The translations under genes and the position numbers were made by a program. Below are positions 27,766 to 35,606 of a DNA stretch of 64,000 nt, piece after piece; position 1 is the stretch's first letter, and each line of letters starts with the position of its first letter. This DNA is from Alistipes sp. (GTDB taxonomy: Bacteria > Bacteroidota > Bacteroidia > Bacteroidales > Rikenellaceae), in the NCBI GenBank assembly GCA_017465605.1, contig JAFTVW010000005.1:73074-137073 (forward strand), given 5' to 3'. The notes below the pieces were generated by a model. The model made no database searches, was not told the DNA's origin, and saw nothing but the letters and a program-made list of their open reading frames with translations.

Positions 27766-29115
27766 ATGAAAAGATTGATTTTTATGGTGATGGCCGTAAT
27801 GGTTATGGCTGCACCCGTAGCAAATGCACAGAACATCGATCGCGATGCTGAGCTTGCGAAGTTGAAGAAGGCTGATGCTACATTGCAAGATGCCAAGAAG
27901 GCTGCAAAGTCGGCTACTTGGATCAACCACGGTAAGGTTTATTATGAGGCAGCTAACCTTCCTACTGCTGACCTTTACACAGGTGCTGATTACGAGCAGA
28001 CTTATGTAAACATCGGTGATCCCGAGAGCAAGAAGGACGGTGTCGTTTTGGCAGGTGAGAAGTACACAGAGATGGTTTACCCTTGGTTCAAGCTCTATGT
28101 AACTAATGGTAAGATTGCTACTTGGTCACAGACTATGACCCTGAGAAATGATGATTTGGCTGCTGTTGCTTTGGAGTCTTATACAAAGGCTGCTGAGATG
28201 GATCCTAAGGCTATTGCTCGTTTGAAGGACCCTGTTAAGAAGTTGGAGGATTTCTACTCAAAGGCTGGTAACGCATTTACTATGACTGGTGAGTATATTC
28301 AGGCTGCTTACAACTACACTATGGCTTACAAGGTTCAGGAGCACCCTGCTTATGAGGGCGATAAGAAGGCTGATTACCTTTACTATGCAGGTTATTTCTA
28401 TGTAGCTGATGGTGCTAACAATCCTGAGTCATACGACAAGGCAATCGAGAATTTGAGCAAGGCAATCGATGCTGGTTATGTTGACGAGAAGGGTGACATC
28501 TACTACTACTTGTTTATGAGCTACTACAACAACGCTAACGAGTCAGTTAAGATGGCTAATATGGACAAGTGCAAGAAGCTTTTGATGGAGGGTTTGGCTA
28601 AGTTCCCTAACAACGACAACATTATCGAGGGTCTTATCAACGTTTACACTGCTGGTGCTGGCGATCCTAAGGAGCTTATCGATGTTGTTGACGGCGCTTT
28701 GAAGCGTGATCCTAAGAACAAGGGCTTGTGGTATGGTCGTGGTCGTATCTTCTATAGCTTGAAGGATTACGATCAGAGCATCGAGTCATTCAAGAAGGTT
28801 GTTGAGTTGGATCCTAAGGACGCTCAGTCACTCTACTATGTTGGTTACTTCTATGTATTGAAGGCTGACGGTTTGAACAACGAGTTCAACCAGCGTGACT
28901 ACAAGAGCAACGATGAGTTCAAGGCTGATCAGGCTAAGATTACTGCCGTTTACAAGGAGGCTATTCCTTACTTGGAGAAGTCATACGAGGCTAATCCTAA
29001 GGACGTTCGTACTTTGGAGGTATTGAAGTCTTTGACATTCCGTCTCCGCGAGGAAGATGGTGTTCAGGCTAAGTTCGACAAGTACAACAAGCTTTTCAAC
29101 GAGGCTAAGAAATAA
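27766..29115 (+). CDS. Secreted tetratricopeptide-repeat (TPR) protein
   Basis: Signal peptide, then repeated Ala/Tyr-rich helical TPR-like units (e.g. WYGRGRIFYSLKDYDQSIESFKKVVELDPKD). Confidence 0.65.
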   Translation: MKRLIFMVMAVMVMAAPVANAQNIDRDAELAKLKKADATLQDAKKAAKSATWINHGKVYYEAANLPTADLYTGADYEQTYVNIGDPESKKDGVVLAGEKYTEMVYPWFKLYVTNGKIATWSQTMTLRNDDLAAVALESYTKAAEMDPKAIARLKDPVKKLEDFYSKAGNAFTMTGEYIQAAYNYTMAYKVQEHPAYEGDKKADYLYYAGYFYVADGANNPESYDKAIENLSKAIDAGYVDEKGDIYYYLFMSYYNNANESVKMANMDKCKKLLMEGLAKFPNNDNIIEGLINVYTAGAGDPKELIDVVDGALKRDPKNKGLWYGRGRIFYSLKDYDQSIESFKKVVELDPKDAQSLYYVGYFYVLKADGLNNEFNQRDYKSNDEFKADQAKITAVYKEAIPYLEKSYEANPKDVRTLEVLKSLTFRLREEDGVQAKFDKYNKLFNEAKK

Positions 29116-29139
29116 TTTTCATAGTTCTGAAAATGTAGA

Positions 29140-29169
29140 ATCGGGGGCAGTGATGCTCCCGATTTTTTT
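29140..29169 (+). terminator. Rho-independent terminator after the TPR gene
   Basis: Stem atcgggggc/gctcccgat (one G-U pair) followed by a T7 run. Confidence 0.75.
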
Positions 29170-29286
29170 GTGGTTATATGTGACTTATAGGGTGTGGTGA
29201 TGGTCGAAATCGTGAGTAAGCTTGAATAAATGTATATGAGAATTAAATAATATTGAAGAAAAATTTGATTTTATTTAGTTTATGAT

Positions 29287-29294
29287 TATATTTG
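29287..29294 (+). promoter_or_regulatory. -7 box for the DUF2089 gene
   Basis: tatatttg lies 19 nt upstream of the ATG at 29314. Confidence 0.45.
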
Positions 29295-29313
29295 TGAAAA
29301 CAAATAGTATGCT

Positions 29314-29580
29314 ATGAATCAAAATAAGAAATTACCAAAGATTTGCCCATCGTGTGATGGAGTGTTGCGTGTTCAGGCAATGCATTGCGCAGGTTGCGGA
29401 ACTAAAATTGAGGGAGATTTTGTGTTGCCCGAACTTATGAGACTATCGGAGGAGAATCAGCAATTTGTGCTTGATTTTGTGAGGTGCAGTGGCTCGTTGA
29501 AGGAGATGGCTCAAAAATTGGGTTTGAGTTATCCTACGGTGCGAAATAGACTTGATGAGGTGATATCGCAGTTGGAGTAG
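29314..29580 (+). CDS. DUF2089-type protein (N-terminal zinc ribbon plus C-terminal HTH)
   Basis: CPSCDG...CAGCG zinc ribbon, then LSEENQQFVLDFVRCSGSLKEMAQKLGLSYPTVRNRLDEV. Confidence 0.7.
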   Translation: MNQNKKLPKICPSCDGVLRVQAMHCAGCGTKIEGDFVLPELMRLSEENQQFVLDFVRCSGSLKEMAQKLGLSYPTVRNRLDEVISQLE

Positions 29581-29658
29581 GGAGCGCGCAATCCTGCGGC
29601 GTGTGATATTTCGAGATAAAGTAAAATGAAATGATGTTTAATTAAAAACAGTGAAGAT

Positions 29659-30222
29659 ATGTGGAGTAAATTTATTAATCCGTTTAAGTATTTGCCTTTG
29701 CGTCAAGCTATTTGTTGGGGAATTGCTGCGCTGATTCTCACCTCTATATTCTTTTGGCAGGTGGGGCTACGCCTGACCTCTATTACCCAACTTAATTTGG
29801 CTGGTGATAGACTGTGGGCTGCTACTGTCCGTCAATTGATAGCGTGGTTGTTGTTTGCTGCCATATTGTATTTGGTGGGTGTGGTGGCATCGAAATCAAA
29901 GGTGCGTTTTATTGATGTGGCTGCGTTTAACCTCTTTGCTCGAATTCCTATGGATTTGGGATTTTTGATGTTTGCTATTCCGTCGGTGCGAAGTGTTACG
30001 GCTCTTGCTTCGGAGGGAAATATTAATGCTGTGATGCAGCACATCGATATTATGACTATTGTGGGGTTGGTTTCTGCGGTTATGTCGGTGTGGTATTTCT
30101 ACTGGTCGTATAAGGCATTTGCAGAGGCTACAAACGTGAAAAACACCAAAGGTGTGGTGTTGTTTATCCTATCGTATATTGTGTGCTATGTTGCATCGGC
30201 ATATGCGTTGTTGATTGTTTAG
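29659..30222 (+). CDS. Multi-pass membrane protein of unknown function (Yip1-like topology)
   Basis: About 5 hydrophobic helices. It is probably co-transcribed with the DUF2089 gene. Confidence 0.55.
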   Translation: MWSKFINPFKYLPLRQAICWGIAALILTSIFFWQVGLRLTSITQLNLAGDRLWAATVRQLIAWLLFAAILYLVGVVASKSKVRFIDVAAFNLFARIPMDLGFLMFAIPSVRSVTALASEGNINAVMQHIDIMTIVGLVSAVMSVWYFYWSYKAFAEATNVKNTKGVVLFILSYIVCYVASAYALLIV

Positions 30223-30277
30223 GGTCGTTGTCGGTTGTAATAGGATACGCATAGTTAATATATATATTCAATATGAT

Positions 30278-30308
30278 AAAAAGCAGAACTCAAAAAGTTC
30301 TGCTTTTT
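30278..30308. terminator. Perfect 13-bp hairpin terminator (bidirectional)
   Basis: aaaaagcagaact / agttctgcttttt with a 5-nt loop. It is a diverged copy of the tRNA-Pro terminator at 30492-30526. Confidence 0.7.
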
Positions 30309-30310
30309 AT

Positions 30311-30335
30311 CATAGTCGGGATAACAGGATTCGAC
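30311..30335 (-). pseudogene. Orphan 3' fragment of tRNA-Pro (acceptor 3' strand plus part of the T-arm only)
   Basis: The 25 nt tcatagtcgggataacaggattcga are identical to 30528-30552 at the 3' end of tRNA-Pro(CGG). The rest of the tRNA is absent. Confidence 0.75.
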
Positions 30336-30491
30336 CGGCGAAGCCGAAGCGAGGATACCATTGAAATCAAAATATATTATTATCCTCGCAACCTGCCCTT
30401 ATGTGAGAATCTGTTATGTCTTAAATGAGAAATAGCGAAGCGGTTTTTTGTTTAGATGTAGTGCGGAGAGCTTGCTATCGGCACATCTCTA

Positions 30492-30526
30492 AACAAAAAA
30501 AACAGCAGAACAATTGTTCTGCTGTT
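30492..30526 (-). terminator. Rho-independent terminator of the tRNA-Pro transcription unit
   Basis: Stem aacagcagaac/gttctgctgtt with a 4-nt loop, followed on the minus strand by a T8 run. Confidence 0.8.
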
Positions 30527-30533
30527 CTCATAG

Positions 30534-30608
30534 TCGGGATAACAGGATTCGAACCTGTGACCTCCAACTCCCGAAGCTGGCGCGCTAACCGGACTGCGCT
30601 ACATCCCG
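30534..30608 (-). tRNA. tRNA-Pro (anticodon CGG)
   Basis: The reverse complement folds as a cloverleaf: acceptor CGGGATG/TATCCCG, anticodon stem CCAGC/GTTGG with loop TTCGGGA, and T-loop GGTTCGAATCC. Confidence 0.9.
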
Positions 30609-30672
30609 AAGTGATTATTAGATTCAGAAAAGGGAGTTTGTAATATTAACTATTACCCCCTCCCTTAACCTG

Positions 30673-30747
30673 TCGGGATACCAGGATTCGAACCTGGGAC
30701 CCCCTGCTCCCAAAGCAGGTGCGCTAACCGGACTGCGCTACATCCCG
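30673..30747 (-). tRNA. tRNA-Pro (anticodon UGG)
   Basis: The reverse complement has acceptor CGGGATG/TATCCCG, anticodon stem CCTGC/GCAGG with loop TTTGGGA, and T-loop GGTTCGAATCC. Confidence 0.9.
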
Positions 30748-30819
30748 TTTTATTAGTGTGGGCTATGATTTTATGTCACCCCTCCCATCACTATTTGTAA
30801 ATCTTCCGATTTCGTGGGG

Positions 30820-30827
30820 CAAAGATA
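30820..30827 (-). promoter_or_regulatory. -7 box for the tRNA-Pro pair
   Basis: tatctttg on the minus strand, about 70 nt upstream of the tRNA-Pro(UGG) 5' end. Confidence 0.45.
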
Positions 30828-30871
30828 AGTAACTTTTTCTTTCAATCCAAGTTTTTTTGCGAGTTTTTTGT

Positions 30872-30918
30872 AAAAAAATCTCTCCGACTATGAGGAATAT
30901 TTGTCGGAGAGATTTTTT
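30872..30918. terminator. Bidirectional terminator downstream of the EEP gene pair
   Basis: 11-bp stem atctctccgac/gtcggagagat flanked by an A7 run and a T6 run. Confidence 0.75.
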
Positions 30919-30940
30919 ATGAGAGATATTGTGTTGTATA

Positions 30941-31780
30941 TTACAACTTTACGTCAACATATACGGCATAGTGGTCGGAAGCCTTTTTCATATCACCTGA
31001 ATTGGCTTCGCGGATAACCTTTGAATCGATGACAGTGACAGGCTTTGCCTTGTTGTTGAGCTGTAAAACATAGTCAATACAAGGTTTGCCGACTGTAACA
31101 ACGGTTGTACCCTCTGCAATCTGTGAGATGATAGTCCACTCTTTGCGGAACTCGTTAATCATATCACTGTCGGGGAATGCGTTCATATCTCCACCCAAGA
31201 ATACAGGTTTCTTAGAATCGCCATAAAGTTTCTTGATTTCGGTGTTGATGAATTTCACCTGCTCGGGATCCCCTCCGTTAAGGTGGGTGCAAGCGATAAC
31301 GTAGTTCTTATACTCGGCAATAGTCAATACGCGAGCCTCTCTCTTCTCCTGTACGGGAACGGGAATATAGAGGGTCTTAATAGCCTTTTGGCCTTTGGCT
31401 GTTACGCCTGTGCCATACTTGCCACCTCGGTAATTGATGGCTGGGCCATAGAAATAATCCCAATCCTTGCCGCAACCTTCGGCAACTGTTTTCAGCTGGA
31501 AGTAATTGTTGCGAGCATTGCAGCTGTCGAGCTCCTGAATGGCTACTGCATCAGACTGAGACTCGATGATGATGTCAGATATCAATTTAGCGTTATCCTC
31601 CTTTGTGAAGTTATCGTCAACAAACTTGCCGATTGCTCCCACGTTGTAGCTCATAATACGGATTGCTCCTTTGGGTTTGGCTGCGATGGGAGAGTTGTGC
31701 TCTTGTGATTGCGGAGCATTGCCACAGGCAACAAGAAGAGTGGCGCACAAGGCGGCTATGGTTGAATGTATAGCTTTCAT
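30941..31780 (-). CDS. Endonuclease/exonuclease/phosphatase (EEP) family lipoprotein
   Basis: Lipobox LLVAC, then IMSYNV, AIQELD, GGDMN and SDHYAV motifs. Confidence 0.8.
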   Translation of the reverse strand: MKAIHSTIAALCATLLVACGNAPQSQEHNSPIAAKPKGAIRIMSYNVGAIGKFVDDNFTKEDNAKLISDIIIESQSDAVAIQELDSCNARNNYFQLKTVAEGCGKDWDYFYGPAINYRGGKYGTGVTAKGQKAIKTLYIPVPVQEKREARVLTIAEYKNYVIACTHLNGGDPEQVKFINTEIKKLYGDSKKPVFLGGDMNAFPDSDMINEFRKEWTIISQIAEGTTVVTVGKPCIDYVLQLNNKAKPVTVIDSKVIREANSGDMKKASDHYAVYVDVKL

Positions 31781-31804
31781 AGGGTTAATTTTTATTTGTG
31801 ATGA

Positions 31805-32587
31805 TTACTTGTTGATAATCTTGAAATCTGCAAGGATAGGCAAGTGGTCTGACTCAACGGGAGCATCAATTACGATATGCTCGTTGACCTGTGCAGTTGC
31901 GCCCTTGTCGGTGTAAAGACAAACGAAGTCAATCTCGCTCTGAGGATTGTCGGCAGGAATAGTGTTGATAAGCATTCCGGTCTTTTTCATCACGTCGAAG
32001 TGAGCTGCCATAATCTTCATAGGCTCCTCGGTACGGTATGCGTTGAAGTCACCTGCGATAACAACGGGCTTGTTTAGCTTAGAAAGCTCCTCTACGATGA
32101 TGTTTGCCGATGTTATGCGGTCCTCGTCGTGCAATGATAGGTGTGTACAGCAGTAGTAGTAATCCTTCATCTCAACAATCAAGAGTGAGCGAGGCTCCGA
32201 GCGGCAAGGCAGTGGAACTCGATAATATGACAAAGGCTTCTCCTTTGTAAGCATACCGATACCGTACTTTCCACCCTGAAAATCGATTGATGGACCAAAA
32301 GTTGGGTGCATTCCTGTAAGTTTAGCCAATTCGCCCAATACGTCAACGGGGTGGCGTTTCGACATACTGTCAAGCTCCTGTAAAGCAACGGCCTCTACAT
32401 TGCCGTCGTTGATGATTTTTGCTATGCGCTCGCAAGAAAACTCGCCGTCCATACCTACGCAATTATGAACGTTGTAGCACATAATTCGAAGGTCAATCTC
32501 CTTCTTGCTGTTTACGCTTTGTCCTGAGCAACCAATGGTGATGAGAGCTGCTACAAGAGCCAATCCTAAAAGTGTAATCTTCTTCAT
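31805..32587 (-). CDS. Endonuclease/exonuclease/phosphatase (EEP) family lipoprotein
   Basis: Lipobox ITIGC, then IMCYNVHNC, ALQELD, GDFN and SDHLP motifs. It is closest in sequence to the CDS at 10310. Confidence 0.8.
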   Translation of the reverse strand: MKKITLLGLALVAALITIGCSGQSVNSKKEIDLRIMCYNVHNCVGMDGEFSCERIAKIINDGNVEAVALQELDSMSKRHPVDVLGELAKLTGMHPTFGPSIDFQGGKYGIGMLTKEKPLSYYRVPLPCRSEPRSLLIVEMKDYYYCCTHLSLHDEDRITSANIIVEELSKLNKPVVIAGDFNAYRTEEPMKIMAAHFDVMKKTGMLINTIPADNPQSEIDFVCLYTDKGATAQVNEHIVIDAPVESDHLPILADFKIINK

Positions 32588-32751
32588 AAGTTGTATAATT
32601 AATAGTTATTATGTGTCATTCATCTTGTAAAGATAAGGTTTTTATGGCAAATAGTCGCACGTTAAGGGGTTAAAAATTTATTGAGCAAAAATTTTATTGG
32701 ATTTGAGAGATTTTTTCTTGAAAATATTTTGTGGGTTGAAATTTATTTATA

Positions 32752-32759
32752 TATCTTTG
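32752..32759 (+). promoter_or_regulatory. -7 box for the SPFH gene
   Basis: tatctttg lies about 80 nt upstream of the ATG at 32841. Confidence 0.4.
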
Positions 32760-32840
32760 TGATATCAAAATGATATTACTTTTGAAATTGAGGTTTGCTT
32801 GAATAAAATATATGTTTAACACTTAAATACAATTATCTTT

Positions 32841-33791
32841 ATGGAAAACAAAAATTTTGAGTATGCAGGTTGGAAAATCAACGGTTTCGTGGCGTTGATA
32901 GCGATTTTGGCCATTATCGGAGGTTCGATTTGGCTGATTGTGAAGGGTGCAATGATTGATGCTTTGCCTTTGACTCCTGTGATGATTGTGTCGGGAGCTT
33001 TGATTCTTACCATTGCACTTATTGCTTGTAAGGGATTCTTGCTTTTGGAGCCAAATGAGGCAAGAGTTCTGACTTTCTTTGGAAAGTATTGCGGTTCGTT
33101 TTACAACACAGGTTTCTGGTGGGTTAATTTCTTGATGTCGTCGAAGAATATATCGCTTCGTGCGCGTAACCTCAATGCCGAGCCTATTAAGGTGAACGAC
33201 AAGACGGGTAATCCGATTATGATTGGTTTGGTGCTTGTGTGGCGATTGAAGCGTGACGAGATTTATCGCTCGGTGTTCGATATCGACGTTGCGGCAAATG
33301 CTCAGGGTATTGTGTCGCAGTCGGCTCGAATGAATATGTTGGAGAATTTTGTGTCGGTGCAGAGTGATGCTGCATTGCGTCAGGTGGCGGGTTGCTATGC
33401 TTATGATAACAACTCTTCGGGCGATGAGGAGGTGACTCTTAGAAGTAGTAGCGAGGAGATTAACGAGTTGTTGGAGGCTCGCTTGGGTGAGCGTTTGGCT
33501 ATTGCTGGTATTGAGGTTGTTGAGGCTCGTATCAATTATTTGGCTTATGCTCCCGAAATTGCGGCGGTGATGTTGCGTCGCCAACAGGCAGATGCTATTA
33601 TCGCGGCTCGTGAGAAGATTGTCGAGGGTGCTGTTTCGATGGTTAAGATGGCGTTGGAACGTTTGTCAACCGATGAGGTTGTGGAACTTGATGATGAGCG
33701 TAAGGCGGCGATGGTTACCAATATGCTCGTTGTATTATGTGCCGATGAATCGGCTCAGCCCGTTGTGAATGCTGGAACTATGCACCATTAA
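32841..33791 (+). CDS. SPFH/Band-7 (stomatin/flotillin-like) domain membrane protein
   Basis: Two N-terminal TM helices, then an SPFH core (EPNEARVLTFFGKY..., NLNAEPIKVNDKTGNPI, VEARINYLAYAPEIA). Confidence 0.8.
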   Translation: MENKNFEYAGWKINGFVALIAILAIIGGSIWLIVKGAMIDALPLTPVMIVSGALILTIALIACKGFLLLEPNEARVLTFFGKYCGSFYNTGFWWVNFLMSSKNISLRARNLNAEPIKVNDKTGNPIMIGLVLVWRLKRDEIYRSVFDIDVAANAQGIVSQSARMNMLENFVSVQSDAALRQVAGCYAYDNNSSGDEEVTLRSSSEEINELLEARLGERLAIAGIEVVEARINYLAYAPEIAAVMLRRQQADAIIAAREKIVEGAVSMVKMALERLSTDEVVELDDERKAAMVTNMLVVLCADESAQPVVNAGTMHH

Positions 33792-33800
33792 TATATTGTA

Positions 33801-34010
33801 ATGGCAAAGAAGGCGGAAAATAAGAGTTTTGTGTTGCGCGTTGATGCCGCTACAATGGAGGCGTTGGAGCGATGGGCCGATGATGAGTTTCGTAGCATCA
33901 ACGGCCAACTCCAATGGATTATAGCCGATGCGTTGCGTCGTAGCGGACGACTGAAAAAAGCGAAGTCGCCGGCCGATGCAATGTCGCAATCTGTAAGTGA
34001 TGAAGAATAA
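33801..34010 (+). CDS. Arc/MetJ-type ribbon-helix-helix DNA-binding protein
   Basis: A beta strand SFVLRV, then two helices (ATMEALERWADDEF, SINGQLQWIIADALRR). Confidence 0.6.
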   Translation: MAKKAENKSFVLRVDAATMEALERWADDEFRSINGQLQWIIADALRRSGRLKKAKSPADAMSQSVSDEE

Positions 34011-34025
34011 TGGAAGAGAGAGAAG

Positions 34026-34106
34026 ATGAGAGAGATGTGTTGTTGTATGTTTGTGGTGCTGATGTGTGCCGCAGCAGTGTGGATTTATAGAGCTTTAATT
34101 GGATAG
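34026..34106 (+). CDS. Candidate 26-aa hydrophobic Cys-rich micro-protein (MREMCCCMFVVLMCAAAVWIYRALIG)
   Basis: An ATG..TAG ORF read by hand; it is below the ORF-track cutoff. It fills the gap between the RHH gene and the next membrane-protein gene and stops 9 nt before that gene's ATG. Confidence 0.25.
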   Translation: MREMCCCMFVVLMCAAAVWIYRALIG

Positions 34107-34115
34107 AAAAAAAGT

Positions 34116-34541
34116 ATGGAAGAACTTAATCGAAGATGGTTTAAGATAGTGTGGGGGCTTTTGTTGCTTGCTTCTGTTACAATAGGTTATATTCAGCGAA
34201 TGAGCGATGCACTGTGGGCTCACGGGCCAGTTGTGGAGATGCTCGACAAGATTCTATTTTGGATAATGTTACCAATGACTCTGTTGTTGTTAGTGTTGTA
34301 TTGGATAGGAAATTGGCGTGTGGGAGAGCGATATTTTTGGAAGAAACTCAGAGCGCAGGCCGGTGCGATGTTTATCGGCGGAGGATTGGGATTCTTGTTG
34401 GTCCTTGTCGTTCAGTGGTGCAAGGGCGATGCAGTTGAGATGAGTTCGATGGCCCGTGCTACGGTTTTGGCGATATTTTCAGTGGTGGGTCTGATGATTG
34501 GTTATGCGCGATATAGATTGCGAAAAATGAATGAGGAATAA
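34116..34541 (+). CDS. 4-TM membrane protein with a basic C-terminal tail, unknown function
   Basis: Four hydrophobic helices and the tail RYRLRKMNEE. Confidence 0.6.
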   Translation: MEELNRRWFKIVWGLLLLASVTIGYIQRMSDALWAHGPVVEMLDKILFWIMLPMTLLLLVLYWIGNWRVGERYFWKKLRAQAGAMFIGGGLGFLLVLVVQWCKGDAVEMSSMARATVLAIFSVVGLMIGYARYRLRKMNEE

Positions 34542-34562
34542 CCTACCGAATAGTTCTAATTG

Positions 34563-34604
34563 CCGCTTTCTGAATGAATTTTTATCGCAGAAGGCGGTTT
34601 TTTG
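34563..34604 (+). terminator. Rho-independent terminator
   Basis: Stem ccgctttctg/cagaaggcgg (one G-U pair) followed by a T6 run. Confidence 0.65.
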
Positions 34605-34682
34605 CCAAATTGTTTGTAAATTTATGGTGAGAATGGACCTTTGTTAAATGAAGGCCGAGGTGAAACCTAAATTTACGAATCT

Positions 34683-35123
34683 ATGGCAGAGAATATTCAG
34701 CGTGAAATACACCCACAAGTTCGTTTGCGTAATCGCCTTTTGTTGGGTGCTGTGACTGTGTTGGCAGTTGTAAATGCAGTGGCAGGATATTTTGATATTC
34801 ATTCTACAACCGTAATCGTTGTGTGTAATGTAGTGGGGGTAGCGGTGTTTGTTGCGGCAGTAGTGTTGGAATTTATGCGTATGATTCCACGCAAGAGGTG
34901 GCGCGCATTATCGTTCTTGGTAACAGGTATAGGTGTGGCAGTTGTGTTCTGCGGAATGGCAATGAAGCAGGAGGACCCCAGCCAATTGGCAATGCTTATT
35001 ATCGGAACGGGTGTGGCTTTGTTGATGCTGGGTGGAATATGTGCAGTGCATTGGCGTAGGCATAGCTTGGCATATAGAGATATGTTGCAACGGGAGCGTC
35101 GCAAGCCGAAAGGTAATATTTGA
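34683..35123 (+). CDS. 4-TM membrane protein with a basic C-terminal tail, unknown function
   Basis: Four Val/Ala/Gly-rich helices and the tail RDMLQRERRKPKGNI. Confidence 0.6.
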   Translation: MAENIQREIHPQVRLRNRLLLGAVTVLAVVNAVAGYFDIHSTTVIVVCNVVGVAVFVAAVVLEFMRMIPRKRWRALSFLVTGIGVAVVFCGMAMKQEDPSQLAMLIIGTGVALLMLGGICAVHWRRHSLAYRDMLQRERRKPKGNI

Positions 35124-35133
35124 ATTGAGTTTT

Positions 35134-35598
35134 ATGGGAATAAAGTTTGTTAGAATAGGTAATGTAATAAATTGGGTGCCTTCTGTAATTAAGCGGTATC
35201 CGCTGATTAGTTTTTTGGTGATATTTGCCGCGCTTGTCCTGATATCGAAGTTTTGTTTCGGTGAGGAGGATCCGGTGTGGTTCAAAATATTGTACTTTAT
35301 AATAACGGGTTGGACGTATGCGGCAATGGATAATCAGTTGCCAACGAAGCGATACAGAGATTTGGCGATTCTTCTTGCTACGTTCTTTTTGTTGTTTGGA
35401 AGTTTGGCGTTCAAAGATTTGGTTATCAATAAGAATGCAGAGCTTGATGTTGTCGATTATTCTATCATTGTAGTTGTACTACTGCTGCCGTTGGGTTACG
35501 GCATATATTGCATTTGGAAGTTGCGCCAGCAAAAGATTTTGGTAGCCGATAGATTGCAACATATCGAGCAGATTAGAAAACGTAAGAAAACAAAATAA
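35134..35598 (+). CDS. 4-TM membrane protein with a basic C-terminal tail, unknown function
   Basis: The start was set at ATG 35134 (MGIKFVRIG...), 10 nt after the preceding stop. It has four helices and the tail EQIRKRKKTK. Confidence 0.6.
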   Translation: MGIKFVRIGNVINWVPSVIKRYPLISFLVIFAALVLISKFCFGEEDPVWFKILYFIITGWTYAAMDNQLPTKRYRDLAILLATFFLLFGSLAFKDLVINKNAELDVVDYSIIVVVLLLPLGYGIYCIWKLRQQKILVADRLQHIEQIRKRKKTK

Positions 35599-35606
35599 TT
35601 TCGATT

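Noticed and set aside
30311-30552. Currently integrated mobile element between the tRNA-Pro direct repeats
   Set aside because: Only about 190 bp of non-coding sequence separates the repeats, and no integrase, excisionase or cargo genes are present. At most it is a scar.
30425-30643. 72-aa ORF spanning the tRNA-Pro(CGG) gene
   Set aside because: It reads through the tRNA gene and its terminator on the opposite strand, so it is an artefact of ORF calling.
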